Assembly (NCBI RefSeq): GCF_000013905.1
Contig: NC_007969.1
Coordinates: 1,110,001 to 1,142,000 of the forward strand
Source: Psychrobacter cryohalolentis K5
GTDB lineage: Bacteria > Pseudomonadota > Gammaproteobacteria > Pseudomonadales > Moraxellaceae
DNA: 32,000 nt
Direction: 5' to 3'
This document shows, one piece after another, positions 14,933 through 23,641 of the stretch. The notes beneath the pieces are model-generated. The model was not told the DNA's origin. It searched no databases and worked only from the letters and a program-made list of their open reading frames with translations. The position numbers were made by a program, and so were the translations under genes. Positions within the stretch are counted from its first letter, which is position 1. Each line of letters opens with the position of its first letter.

Positions 14933-15934
14933 ATGATAACAAACAATACTACTACTGCAAAACCATGGATGTCAGAGCTGTGGACATGGGCCGATGAGTA
15001 TGGGATTTCTGAAAAGGATTTACCACGAAACGAAGCGCATCTATTGACGATAACAGAATTGGAGATCTGCTCTGACCAGATTACTGAGCTGCCTGAAAGT
15101 ATTGGTTACTTACACAACCTAACCCATTTAGCCCTAAACTGCAAAGCGCTTGAACGTTTGCCAGAGTCTATAGGTCAATTAAGTCAGTTAGAGCGATTGA
15201 CGATTACTAGTGATGAGGTTAAGCAACTTCCTGAGAGCTTTGCTAGGCTAATCAGTTTGAGTTCGCTAAATATTCCTACTCACTTAAGCAATCAGCTACC
15301 CACGACTCTTATGGATAAGTATCATAATGAAAATGAAACGTTATATATAGAGCGTATGGCTTTCACTTCGTTATATAGCCCCTTGGAAAAGAATTATGGC
15401 TTATCCTTTTTCGGGTTTGTTCTTATTAGTGATGATTGGAATGAAAAAGCACTAATTGATTTAAAGTTCAAAGCAGCATTAGAGTTCTTACTCGTTTTGC
15501 AAACCACTGAACAAACTATTGATGATTTTGATGTGGTGGATGGCGTGATCATTTGCAAGCCTGATGAAGTACAAAAAATAATAAATATGTTTGAAACTAC
15601 TTTCGACTATTCTGTGATGGCTATAGACTTTGGAGATGTTAGAGAAGCAATAAATTTTGCGAAACCTGCTAAATTTATACAAGCTAGTGCATTAGAAGTG
15701 TCTGAATCAGACAAAGTATTTAGTCAGATTATTGATCAAATTCCTAAAGAGATAACCGTAAAATCTGTGATGTTTCAAGTGGAAAGTAACCGTTATTTTA
15801 CAGTGGATGAGTTCAAAGTTATGTCAGATACTATTGATAATATGGGTGCAGAGGATGAACATATTTTCTATAGTGCAAAAGTTGTCGATAAGCCTGAGCA
15901 CTGTTGGATGGGTATGATATATATGGTTGGGTAA
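14933..15934 (+). CDS. short LRR protein: same Trp-rich cap + about 4 LRR units + distinct C-terminal domain with FtsZ C-terminal-subdomain-like features
   Basis: ATG 14933 is preceded by AGGAAG; the track ORF starts at TTG 14903. Cap: KPWMSELWTWADEYGISEKDLPRNEAHL. LRRs such as ITELPESIGYLHNLTHLAL, LERLPESIGQLSQLERLTI, VKQLPESFARLISLSSLNI. C-terminal ~105 aa: MAIDFGDVREAI...TVDEFKVMSDTI...CWMGMIYMVG. Confidence 0.8.
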   Translation: MITNNTTTAKPWMSELWTWADEYGISEKDLPRNEAHLLTITELEICSDQITELPESIGYLHNLTHLALNCKALERLPESIGQLSQLERLTITSDEVKQLPESFARLISLSSLNIPTHLSNQLPTTLMDKYHNENETLYIERMAFTSLYSPLEKNYGLSFFGFVLISDDWNEKALIDLKFKAALEFLLVLQTTEQTIDDFDVVDGVIICKPDEVQKIINMFETTFDYSVMAIDFGDVREAINFAKPAKFIQASALEVSESDKVFSQIIDQIPKEITVKSVMFQVESNRYFTVDEFKVMSDTIDNMGAEDEHIFYSAKVVDKPEHCWMGMIYMVG

Positions 15935-15958
15935 TGTGGTATTGAGAGAATCTATTTT

Positions 15959-16024
15959 GAACCGCCCCGGGATTGTCAGAGACTGATTTACTTGATTCAG
16001 GCACGGACAATCCTGGGGCGGTTC
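15959..16024. terminator. GC-rich 19-bp inverted repeat between convergent operons (likely bidirectional terminator or REP-like hairpin)
   Basis: GAACCGCCCCGGGATTGTC (15959-15977) pairs with GACAATCCTGGGGCGGTTC (16006-16024) with one G/A mismatch (a G-U pair in RNA) and a 28-nt loop. Sits exactly between the stops of the 14933-15934 (+) and 16026-16763 (-) genes. Confidence 0.6.
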
Positions 16025-16025
16025 A

Positions 16026-16763
16026 CTACTCTTGATGTTTCCAGCTTTCTTGGTTTAATGGCATTTGGTTGAGTAAATCTCGTCTAGATCGCCAATCGGG
16101 CATGTGAGTGTCCAGCAGGGCTTTAAACTTGTCATTGTGCTGCCGCTCTTTAAAATGTAGCAGTTCATGCAAGATAATATATTCCAAGCAGGGCAGAGGC
16201 TTTTTAGCCAAATCTAAGTTAAGCTGTATATTGCCTCCTTCTATATTACAGCTGCCCCATTTGGTTTTCATTTTTTGGATCTGCCAACTGTTTATAGCGA
16301 CGCCAGTTTGCTTAGACCATTTATTAATAAGATCAGGTGCTCTTACTTTTAAGCGGTTACGATAGTATTCATTCAATAGCTTCAGCTTCACTTCATCTGA
16401 GGCATCAATATTTACGGTTAGTATAAGCTTACCGCTTTTTAGTTTGACCGTCTGAGATTTGAGTGTATCGCTCTCAATCACTTCAAGTCGGTAGCGTCTG
16501 CCCCAAAGATAATGCGTCTCTCCATTTACCATCTCACGCGCTGATTGGCGCTCTTGCTTGGCAAACGCCGCCTGTTGCCGTCGAATCCAAGGTATACGGT
16601 GGATGACAGCCATCCGAATGGCCGTCTCGGTCATAGCATCAGGCGCAGATACTCTGACCTGTCCATCAGGTGGCATCACGCTAATATGTAGGTTTTTAAT
16701 ATCTTTGCGAGTTAAATGTATATCTAACTCACCAATCTTAATAAGCGCTGACTTAACAATCAC
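16026..16763 (-). CDS. DUF45 / YgjP-like (M48-type) zinc metallopeptidase
   Basis: 245 aa with the HExxH motif in YIILHELLHFKERQHNDKF near the C-terminus, as in DUF45/YgjP proteins. Its start overlaps the hsdR stop by 4 nt. Confidence 0.8.
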   Translation of the reverse strand: MIVKSALIKIGELDIHLTRKDIKNLHISVMPPDGQVRVSAPDAMTETAIRMAVIHRIPWIRRQQAAFAKQERQSAREMVNGETHYLWGRRYRLEVIESDTLKSQTVKLKSGKLILTVNIDASDEVKLKLLNEYYRNRLKVRAPDLINKWSKQTGVAINSWQIQKMKTKWGSCNIEGGNIQLNLDLAKKPLPCLEYIILHELLHFKERQHNDKFKALLDTHMPDWRSRRDLLNQMPLNQESWKHQE

Positions 16764-19700
16764 TGATATTCCTGTTGTGCCTTAATCAAATTAATTAACG
16801 CCTCTATATCGACATCGACCTGATACTGAGAAACAGTTTGATGTACGGCACGCTCAATTTTTCGCTCTTTAATCAGATGACCTTGCCAATCAGCCTGTTT
16901 ATTGAGCCTAATAGCAGCATCTACTTTGTCTGCTAAGTCCTCGTTTTGATCCAAGTTATCATATAACGCGCGTTTCGCAGGAGTGTTGATAGTCTTAGGG
17001 TATGCATGACCACCTGCGCTACCCGTAGGATTGATTACTTTAGAGGCTAGCTGGCGTATCTTTTGCAAGTATTCAGCGTAGGCAATGGCTTTTTTTCGGC
17101 GTAGCTCAATGAGCTCATCGAGTAGGGCAGACATATGCTCGTAGTATTTTGGGTTGACTGGATTTTCATCCACAATCGTTTTACGCACGTTATTCTCGAT
17201 AGTCTCAGCTACGTTCTCAGGGTTGCTCGCTATATCTTCAGGTATGGCTTTGATTAAAGCTTCAGACCCTTGATTGACAATTAACTCAATGAGTCCTAAA
17301 TCTTCAAAGTCGATAACAGTCTCACTAGGTGTAGCATGAATATAAGTGTCTAACATCCTACGCATGGTCGGCTCATAGCTTTTCATATCGATATGGTCGC
17401 CACTCATAAGCTTGATGTTATTACGCACGGACTCAAAGTGTTTTACATCGTCTTTAATGCGTTTGATTTCCTGATCGCTATATCCCGCTTCCGCCATTTC
17501 ATTGGCGATATTGCCATAAGCACGTATCAGCTTAGAGACGCTTTTATATAAGGTGAGGCGCAGTTGTTCCTTTTCTACTTTATCAGCTTCAGTTACATCT
17601 TCACTAGGGCAAAAGTAAGCGGCATAGTCCTGTGTATTTCTAGGGTACTTAACAGGCTCACAAAGTCCTCTGACCATCTCTAGGGCATCATCTAGGTTTT
17701 GTCTCGCCGCACTTAAGCGGTTCTTTAACAGCCCATCAATATCTTCATCTTCATACTCTGAAAATGCACCTTGCGTATAATCAGAAATGGTACTGTTTAA
17801 AGACTGAAATAGATCCTGATAGTCAATGATATATCCATAGTCTTTTTCTGCACCATCGAGTCTATTAACACGGCAAATGGCCTGAAAGAGGTTGTGATCA
17901 GCCATCTTTTTATCAATGTATAGATAAGTAGCAGAAGGCGCATCAAATCCTGTCAGCAGTTTATCTACAACTATCAACAGTCGCATTTGACCTGGTTCTT
18001 CAATAAAGCGTTTTTTAACAGCTTTCTCAAAGTCCTCTGCTTTAGAGCCTGCTTCTTGTTCGCTGATATCATAATAATCGGCAATCATCCTGCGATAAAT
18101 TTGATATTTGAAAAGCTTCTCTGTCATTCCTTCGCCAGTTTCCTCACCTTTAATGCTATCTGCAGTCGGTAGGTAACTGGTCACAATTGCTACTTTGCCT
18201 TTCAAGAAAGAGTTTTCAAAGGCTTCGTAAGATTTACAGGCTTGATAAATACTGTTGCACACAAGCATGGCATTGCCATGACCATCCATAAGCCTTGGCT
18301 TTTTCTGCATATCGAGCAAGATGTCATTGACGATGCACTCTATGCGCGACTGGCTAGACAGAACCCGCTGCATGGTTCCCCATTTTTGCTTAAGCTGGCT
18401 CTTGGCAATATTGGTTAAGCCGCGGGTATGAGCGTCGAACCACTCATCAACTTTTTTAGATGAGGTAAGCTGTTGATCAATGTCACGTGCTTCATACAGA
18501 AGATCTAACACCACCCCATCAGCGACTGCTTCATCAAACTTATAGGTGTGAATAAAAGGTCCAAACACTTCGATAGATTTCTTTTTATCTTTTTTAAGCA
18601 GTGGCGTGCCGGTAAAACCGACAAACATCGCTTCTGGTAACAGCGCCTTCATAGCGCTGTGCAGCTTGCCAGATTGAGTGCGGTGACACTCATCAACGAA
18701 GACAAATAAATCGCCCTTAGGGCTAAAGTCTGAGGGTAGGCTGGCTTGAATGTCCTTTATAAAATCCTCTGTGTCCATTGCATCATCGTCACCACCGTGA
18801 CGGCCAAATTTGTGCACCAAAGAACACAGTAACCAAGGGTTAGGCTGATTTAGCTGGGTAATAAGATCAGCACCGCTCTTGGTGCGATATATTGATTCAT
18901 CAACACCAAAAAATACTTTTTCAATTTGTTCATCAAGTTCGGTACGGTCAGTAATAATAAGTACGCGACTATTGGTAACATTCTCCCGTATCCATTTAGC
19001 CATCCAAACCATAGTCAAGCTTTTACCTGAACCTTGCGTATGCCAAATAATCCCATCTCTGCGTTGTGCAATATGCTTCTTAGTGGATTGTATCCCAAAG
19101 AATTGATTATGTCGGCAAGTCTTTTTTACACCTGAATCAAATACAATAAAGTTATTAATGATGTCTAAGAACCTTTGCTTATTGCACATATGATATAGAT
19201 GGAAGTCTAAGGGCTGATCGGTGAAGTTAGCCTTTGCTAAGGTAAGATGCGTCGGTACGCTAATATCAGACTGGGGTGTATGATTGGGGTTGGCTTCTTT
19301 CCATTCCAGATAGTATTTCTCTGGCGTTTCAATGGTGCCATAGCGCAAGCCTTGGGTGTCATTACCTGCCATAACCAGTTGAATGGTGCTAAAGAAGCTA
19401 CGAATGAATTCTTTTTTCTGATTGTCTAGGTTCTGGTGAATGCCTTCGGTGACGTTAATGGTAGAGCGTTTAAGCTCAATAACGCCCAATGCAATGCCGT
19501 TGACATAAAGGACGATATCAGGACGTTTTTTATTTTCGCCATTGATAGAGACTTCTTCAGCAATAGCAAAGTCATTGGCCTCAATATTGTGCCAATCAAT
19601 CAGCCAGATGGTTTCTTTATGATCGCCAGTACCTTCTTTTTCTTTGACACCATAACGTAGTAGTCGGTACACCTCTTTATTGGCATCGTATAGTTTAACG

Positions 19701-19924
19701 CCACTGCCGAGAGCGGCGGCTTTTTCTAAAGCGTTAATGGCTCGGTTTTGCAAAGTGCGACTGACATTACGTGAGCTTAACCATGCTGCCAAAATTTCAG
19801 ACTCAATATTCTTGTTATTAGGTCTATCTTTAAAGTCACCTAGATAGCGATAACCTAGCGTGTCGGTAAAGAAGCGTACGACACGGTTTTGAGTGAGTCT
19901 TTCTATATCGCTGACGTTACTCAT
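16760..19924 (-). CDS. hsdR: type I restriction enzyme R subunit
   Basis: 1054 aa. N-terminal PD-(D/E)xK nuclease RPDIVLYVNGIALGVIELKRS. SF2 motor motifs WHTQGSGKSLTM (motif I), VFVDECHRTQ (DEAH-type motif II), FTGTPL (motif III). Same operon as hsdM and hsdS. Confidence 0.95.
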   Translation of the reverse strand: MSNVSDIERLTQNRVVRFFTDTLGYRYLGDFKDRPNNKNIESEILAAWLSSRNVSRTLQNRAINALEKAAALGSGVKLYDANKEVYRLLRYGVKEKEGTGDHKETIWLIDWHNIEANDFAIAEEVSINGENKKRPDIVLYVNGIALGVIELKRSTINVTEGIHQNLDNQKKEFIRSFFSTIQLVMAGNDTQGLRYGTIETPEKYYLEWKEANPNHTPQSDISVPTHLTLAKANFTDQPLDFHLYHMCNKQRFLDIINNFIVFDSGVKKTCRHNQFFGIQSTKKHIAQRRDGIIWHTQGSGKSLTMVWMAKWIRENVTNSRVLIITDRTELDEQIEKVFFGVDESIYRTKSGADLITQLNQPNPWLLCSLVHKFGRHGGDDDAMDTEDFIKDIQASLPSDFSPKGDLFVFVDECHRTQSGKLHSAMKALLPEAMFVGFTGTPLLKKDKKKSIEVFGPFIHTYKFDEAVADGVVLDLLYEARDIDQQLTSSKKVDEWFDAHTRGLTNIAKSQLKQKWGTMQRVLSSQSRIECIVNDILLDMQKKPRLMDGHGNAMLVCNSIYQACKSYEAFENSFLKGKVAIVTSYLPTADSIKGEETGEGMTEKLFKYQIYRRMIADYYDISEQEAGSKAEDFEKAVKKRFIEEPGQMRLLIVVDKLLTGFDAPSATYLYIDKKMADHNLFQAICRVNRLDGAEKDYGYIIDYQDLFQSLNSTISDYTQGAFSEYEDEDIDGLLKNRLSAARQNLDDALEMVRGLCEPVKYPRNTQDYAAYFCPSEDVTEADKVEKEQLRLTLYKSVSKLIRAYGNIANEMAEAGYSDQEIKRIKDDVKHFESVRNNIKLMSGDHIDMKSYEPTMRRMLDTYIHATPSETVIDFEDLGLIELIVNQGSEALIKAIPEDIASNPENVAETIENNVRKTIVDENPVNPKYYEHMSALLDELIELRRKKAIAYAEYLQKIRQLASKVINPTGSAGGHAYPKTINTPAKRALYDNLDQNEDLADKVDAAIRLNKQADWQGHLIKERKIERAVHQTVSQYQVDVDIEALINLIKAQQEYQ

Positions 19925-19927
19925 GAT

Positions 19928-22099
19928 TCAGCGTCCTTCTATCTTGAGATTCAAAGCACCTTCAAAAAGTCTTAGCATCTCGTTTTCATGTTCAATGATT
20001 TGATCATAACCCCATTGATATTGATTGTCTTTTGGATTGAAGACTTTAATCATTTTGTATAGCTTAAGTGAGTCGATATGACTTTTAAACGACTCATCAT
20101 AGTGTTCTTTTTTAGCTAAGGGCTGGTGATTACTAACGCGAGAGTTAAGACTTCTGTTGATGAGGCACAGATTACCAAAACGATGAATGTCGATTCTATC
20201 GTCAATTTTTTCATCTTTATGTATGGGGGTCTGAGGTAAGAAGTGTTCAATAGAGCCTTGTGTAGAGGGTCTAAACTTCTTTTTATCCCCTGATTCAACA
20301 TTACCACTCAACCAAATCAAGTAATCTAAGTAGTTGAATACAAAGACATTGACATGAGGGTATCTTAGTTGTTGTGACAGTTTCTCAAATTCAATCGTTC
20401 GAGGTGATAACGACTGACTGGACAATGTCATCTCACTATTATCATTTATATGGCGACTAAACTCTTGAAAGTAATCATTGACGATATTATTAGGCTTGGT
20501 TCGATCAGATTGAGCGATATACCTTCTAAGCATATATGCTTTAGCCAGCCCATCAAGATAGCTCAGAAATGCTTTGCCATCGATACCTTGTTCACGCTTA
20601 TCAAACGTCAAATAGAGATACTGCAAGCAGGCATTTAACCAGTATTTAGAATTAAGAGTAGGTGCAGACACATGAAAGGCGCTTTGCAGAGTAACCAAAC
20701 TGGCATTTAAGTCTGGTCCAGTTGAGTCTTTTGGCATATTTTGTTTATAAGAAGGACCTGACGCCTCATTGTTTAGCTGCTCAAGGGTCCAATAGCCTTT
20801 CTTAGACTCTGTATTACGCTTGATAATATATTGATCAAATAAAAACTTTGATTTCAATAAGGTGTAAAGGAACTGCTCTATTTTAGCTACCTTATTGGTC
20901 ACCTTAGAACCAATCAAATGATTATCAAATTCAATCAATAACTGCTTATCATCAAGCGATACGATGTCATTTTGAGGGTTGTCAGTCAGATTTTGAGTCA
21001 CGTGTACTCTTAAAACCTGCAATAAAAAATTGGGAAAATCTATCAAACTATAATAGGTTTCATCATCCTCATCGCCCTTATTCTTTTTGGCTGGATTAGT
21101 GGGTATATCAACAGTATCATTAAATAAAATGTCATTTAAGCTAATGATATTTTGAGCCTCTACTTTTTCTGAGGCTGTTTTAGAGTTATCTTTACTCTTT
21201 TTGGCAGCTTGCTCGTTGCAATCTTGAATATAAAAATCAAGCAAATCAGAAAAATATTTTGGCTCAAAATGTGCCCAGTCTGATGAGAAAATCTTTTTAC
21301 GTAGATCAGTTGTAAAGCCATATTGCACGTACTTATTCATACGACTGCAAGTATTCCAAATCAAATCTAACAGGCTTTTGCAATGTTGTATTTGCTTTGT
21401 GTCGGCAGAAGTGTCACTGCTAATTGCTGATAGCAGTCTGGCCTTAATGATTTCGTGTTTTTCTAATTGCTCACCTCGATTGTTCATTACTTCAAAGTAG
21501 TGATTAAGGTCTGTCTCCTGAGGAACAGGAACCCTAGCTATCTCTACCTTATTGAATAAAAAGGTACAAAATTCATTGATGGATGTGACTTCATTATTTC
21601 CATTAAAAAGATACGTCATCGTTTTGGTTAAGATATCATAACCATCGATAATAGACTGATTCATAGAGGCATCTTGGGCAAAGCGTGCTGACTCACGGTT
21701 ATAAAGCAAAGATAAGGTGTAATCTGAATGTGGGCGACTTTCAAAATATAAGTTTGTCTGGTTGAATTGTTCTAAATAAGAGTGACAATACTGATGATGA
21801 TTGTGATGTAAATATATTGCCAGTAGGGTTAGGGTAGTTAAGCGTTGCTGACCATCTATCACTTCAAACAAAGCCTGACTGGTATTGGATTTTTCAAAGA
21901 CAACTAAAGTACCTAAATAGTAGGTTAAGTTTGGGTCACGATTATAAGCGTCAATAATATCTTTGATTAATGTTTCAATTTCAACAGTGCCCCACGCATA
22001 GTTACGCTGATACATCGGAATGACATACTGATCGCCATTGGTCAGCAGTTTTTTGATAGGTAAAGAACTTACTTTCACACTTGAGTTATTCATTGTCAT
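19928..22099 (-). CDS. DUF262 + DUF1524 protein (GmrSD-family type IV restriction enzyme-like)
   Basis: 723 aa. N-terminal DUF262/ParB-like motifs IPMYQRNYAW and VIDGQQRLTTLTLL. C-terminal His-Me/HNH-like DUF1524 motifs SIEHFLPQ...IHRFGNLCLINRSLNSRVSN. 3-nt gap to hsdR and 1-nt gap to the upstream DUF262 gene. Confidence 0.85.
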   Translation of the reverse strand: MTMNNSSVKVSSLPIKKLLTNGDQYVIPMYQRNYAWGTVEIETLIKDIIDAYNRDPNLTYYLGTLVVFEKSNTSQALFEVIDGQQRLTTLTLLAIYLHHNHHQYCHSYLEQFNQTNLYFESRPHSDYTLSLLYNRESARFAQDASMNQSIIDGYDILTKTMTYLFNGNNEVTSINEFCTFLFNKVEIARVPVPQETDLNHYFEVMNNRGEQLEKHEIIKARLLSAISSDTSADTKQIQHCKSLLDLIWNTCSRMNKYVQYGFTTDLRKKIFSSDWAHFEPKYFSDLLDFYIQDCNEQAAKKSKDNSKTASEKVEAQNIISLNDILFNDTVDIPTNPAKKNKGDEDDETYYSLIDFPNFLLQVLRVHVTQNLTDNPQNDIVSLDDKQLLIEFDNHLIGSKVTNKVAKIEQFLYTLLKSKFLFDQYIIKRNTESKKGYWTLEQLNNEASGPSYKQNMPKDSTGPDLNASLVTLQSAFHVSAPTLNSKYWLNACLQYLYLTFDKREQGIDGKAFLSYLDGLAKAYMLRRYIAQSDRTKPNNIVNDYFQEFSRHINDNSEMTLSSQSLSPRTIEFEKLSQQLRYPHVNVFVFNYLDYLIWLSGNVESGDKKKFRPSTQGSIEHFLPQTPIHKDEKIDDRIDIHRFGNLCLINRSLNSRVSNHQPLAKKEHYDESFKSHIDSLKLYKMIKVFNPKDNQYQWGYDQIIEHENEMLRLFEGALNLKIEGR

Positions 22100-22100
22100 A

Positions 22101-23576
22101 TTATTCTCCTGACGTATCTATGTAGTTGAGACAATTAAATAACGTGTAAATATCGCTATCACTTTTATTGGTGTCATTGTTAGGTTTATGGTTATTTGCT
22201 AATTCACTGATTTTAAGAGACGGTATAGAAGTAATGACCACGTTCTTTGGTAATATCGCCTCGTTGATACGCATGAACATACCTGTATTCTTTGATGCGT
22301 GATTATCGATTGTACTCAGGCCGACACCATAGTTTGTTAATCGAACGTTATAAGCCCACGCAAATAGTAGCTCCACCGCCTGTGACAGCTCTTCTGTGCC
22401 AAATTTATCAATATAATAAATTAACGCATTATCAAAGACGTTACGGGTCAGCTTGTCGCCTTTACGCCTTCGTTGATAGTCATTATAAGAATCTAAGGTA
22501 TTTATTATTTTGGAGGCGCGGTTGTTTAAGGCGTGATCAAACAGGGTAACGATTTGCTTAGAATCAGACGTTTGATCATTATTAATGGCCTTGTACTTGG
22601 TTATCAGAGCATCGTAATGTGCCACCATTTCAAAAAACCGTCTTCCGTTAATGATGGTTTGGTCAATTGAAAAGGGATAAGCAGTGGGCTTGCCTGCGAT
22701 TTTGCAATGAACGCTGTTGTTATAGTCATCAATATAGTGGTGAGTGATGGCTAAGCGTCTGGTATAGGGCGGAAGTGTCTTGGCCTCTAGAGTAATGCCT
22801 TTGAATTCTGCGACATCATCTTTGGTAAATGTCTGCGCTGACTGACCTCGTGACCAGCGTCTAATACGATATAAATGATTTGAGAATAATTTGGCCAGTC
22901 TGTCATCATCGAGATTCTCCCAATAGTCGACAGTCTTCTTCCTTAATGCATTATCGTCAGTTTTAAACTCACGTAAATGAAATGCTTTTAGCAAGTCATG
23001 TGGGAATAAGTCTTTACCTCGTGAATTTTGAGAGTCAAAAAATTGAAACGCTTCAGACTCTTTATCTAATACAAATATCACCACGTCGCATCGCGTTAAT
23101 AAAAACTCAATATGCTTAAGGGTAAAGTCGCCTCTATTAATGATATTAGAGATAACCTTATAGTTTTCATATAAGTTATAGAGCGAGAAGTCATCTTTAA
23201 ATTGAGGTTTGTTAATAAAAGCTTGAACTTTTTGAGGCAGATTCCCCAATACCCTATCAATGCTTTTGGCGTCATCTGACGCTTTATTATTGTTACAATA
23301 GGTATTGATGGCTAGTAAAGCCAACATTAGGGTAAGGGTGCGCTGTTGACCATCGACAATATCTAAGACGCCTTTTTCGGTATTATTGTGCAATACCACC
23401 GTACCTAAACGGTAGGCCGGTTTATCGCTGTGCATTCTAATGTCATCAAATAAGCTAACGACATTTTCAGCCGTCCATTTATAGGGGCGTTGGTATTCAG
23501 GTATCGTCAGTGACGGTACGCTAAGGAAGTCTTTCACAGATATAATTTTTTGATGTAATTCTTGTGAGTTGCTCAT
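22101..23576 (-). CDS. DUF262-only protein (GmrS-like NTPase/ParB-like domain)
   Basis: 491 aa. IPEYQRPYKWT and IVDGQQRTLTLMLALL motifs. No C-terminal HNH-type motif seen. Confidence 0.8.
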   Translation of the reverse strand: MSNSQELHQKIISVKDFLSVPSLTIPEYQRPYKWTAENVVSLFDDIRMHSDKPAYRLGTVVLHNNTEKGVLDIVDGQQRTLTLMLALLAINTYCNNNKASDDAKSIDRVLGNLPQKVQAFINKPQFKDDFSLYNLYENYKVISNIINRGDFTLKHIEFLLTRCDVVIFVLDKESEAFQFFDSQNSRGKDLFPHDLLKAFHLREFKTDDNALRKKTVDYWENLDDDRLAKLFSNHLYRIRRWSRGQSAQTFTKDDVAEFKGITLEAKTLPPYTRRLAITHHYIDDYNNSVHCKIAGKPTAYPFSIDQTIINGRRFFEMVAHYDALITKYKAINNDQTSDSKQIVTLFDHALNNRASKIINTLDSYNDYQRRRKGDKLTRNVFDNALIYYIDKFGTEELSQAVELLFAWAYNVRLTNYGVGLSTIDNHASKNTGMFMRINEAILPKNVVITSIPSLKISELANNHKPNNDTNKSDSDIYTLFNCLNYIDTSGE

Positions 23577-23641
23577 AACATACCGTTAATTGATTGATGA
23601 TATTAATGTTGAATACTCTTAACGCTTAAAATATTAGCCTA

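Noticed and set aside
15488-19660. Embedded short ORFs: 15488-15682 (-), 16108-16365 (+), 16558-16785 (+), 17987-18172 (+), 18879-19106 (+), 19247-19429 (+), 19436-19660 (+)
   Set aside because: All are antisense or off-frame within the LRR/FtsZ_C-like, DUF45 peptidase and hsdR genes, which carry unambiguous motifs.
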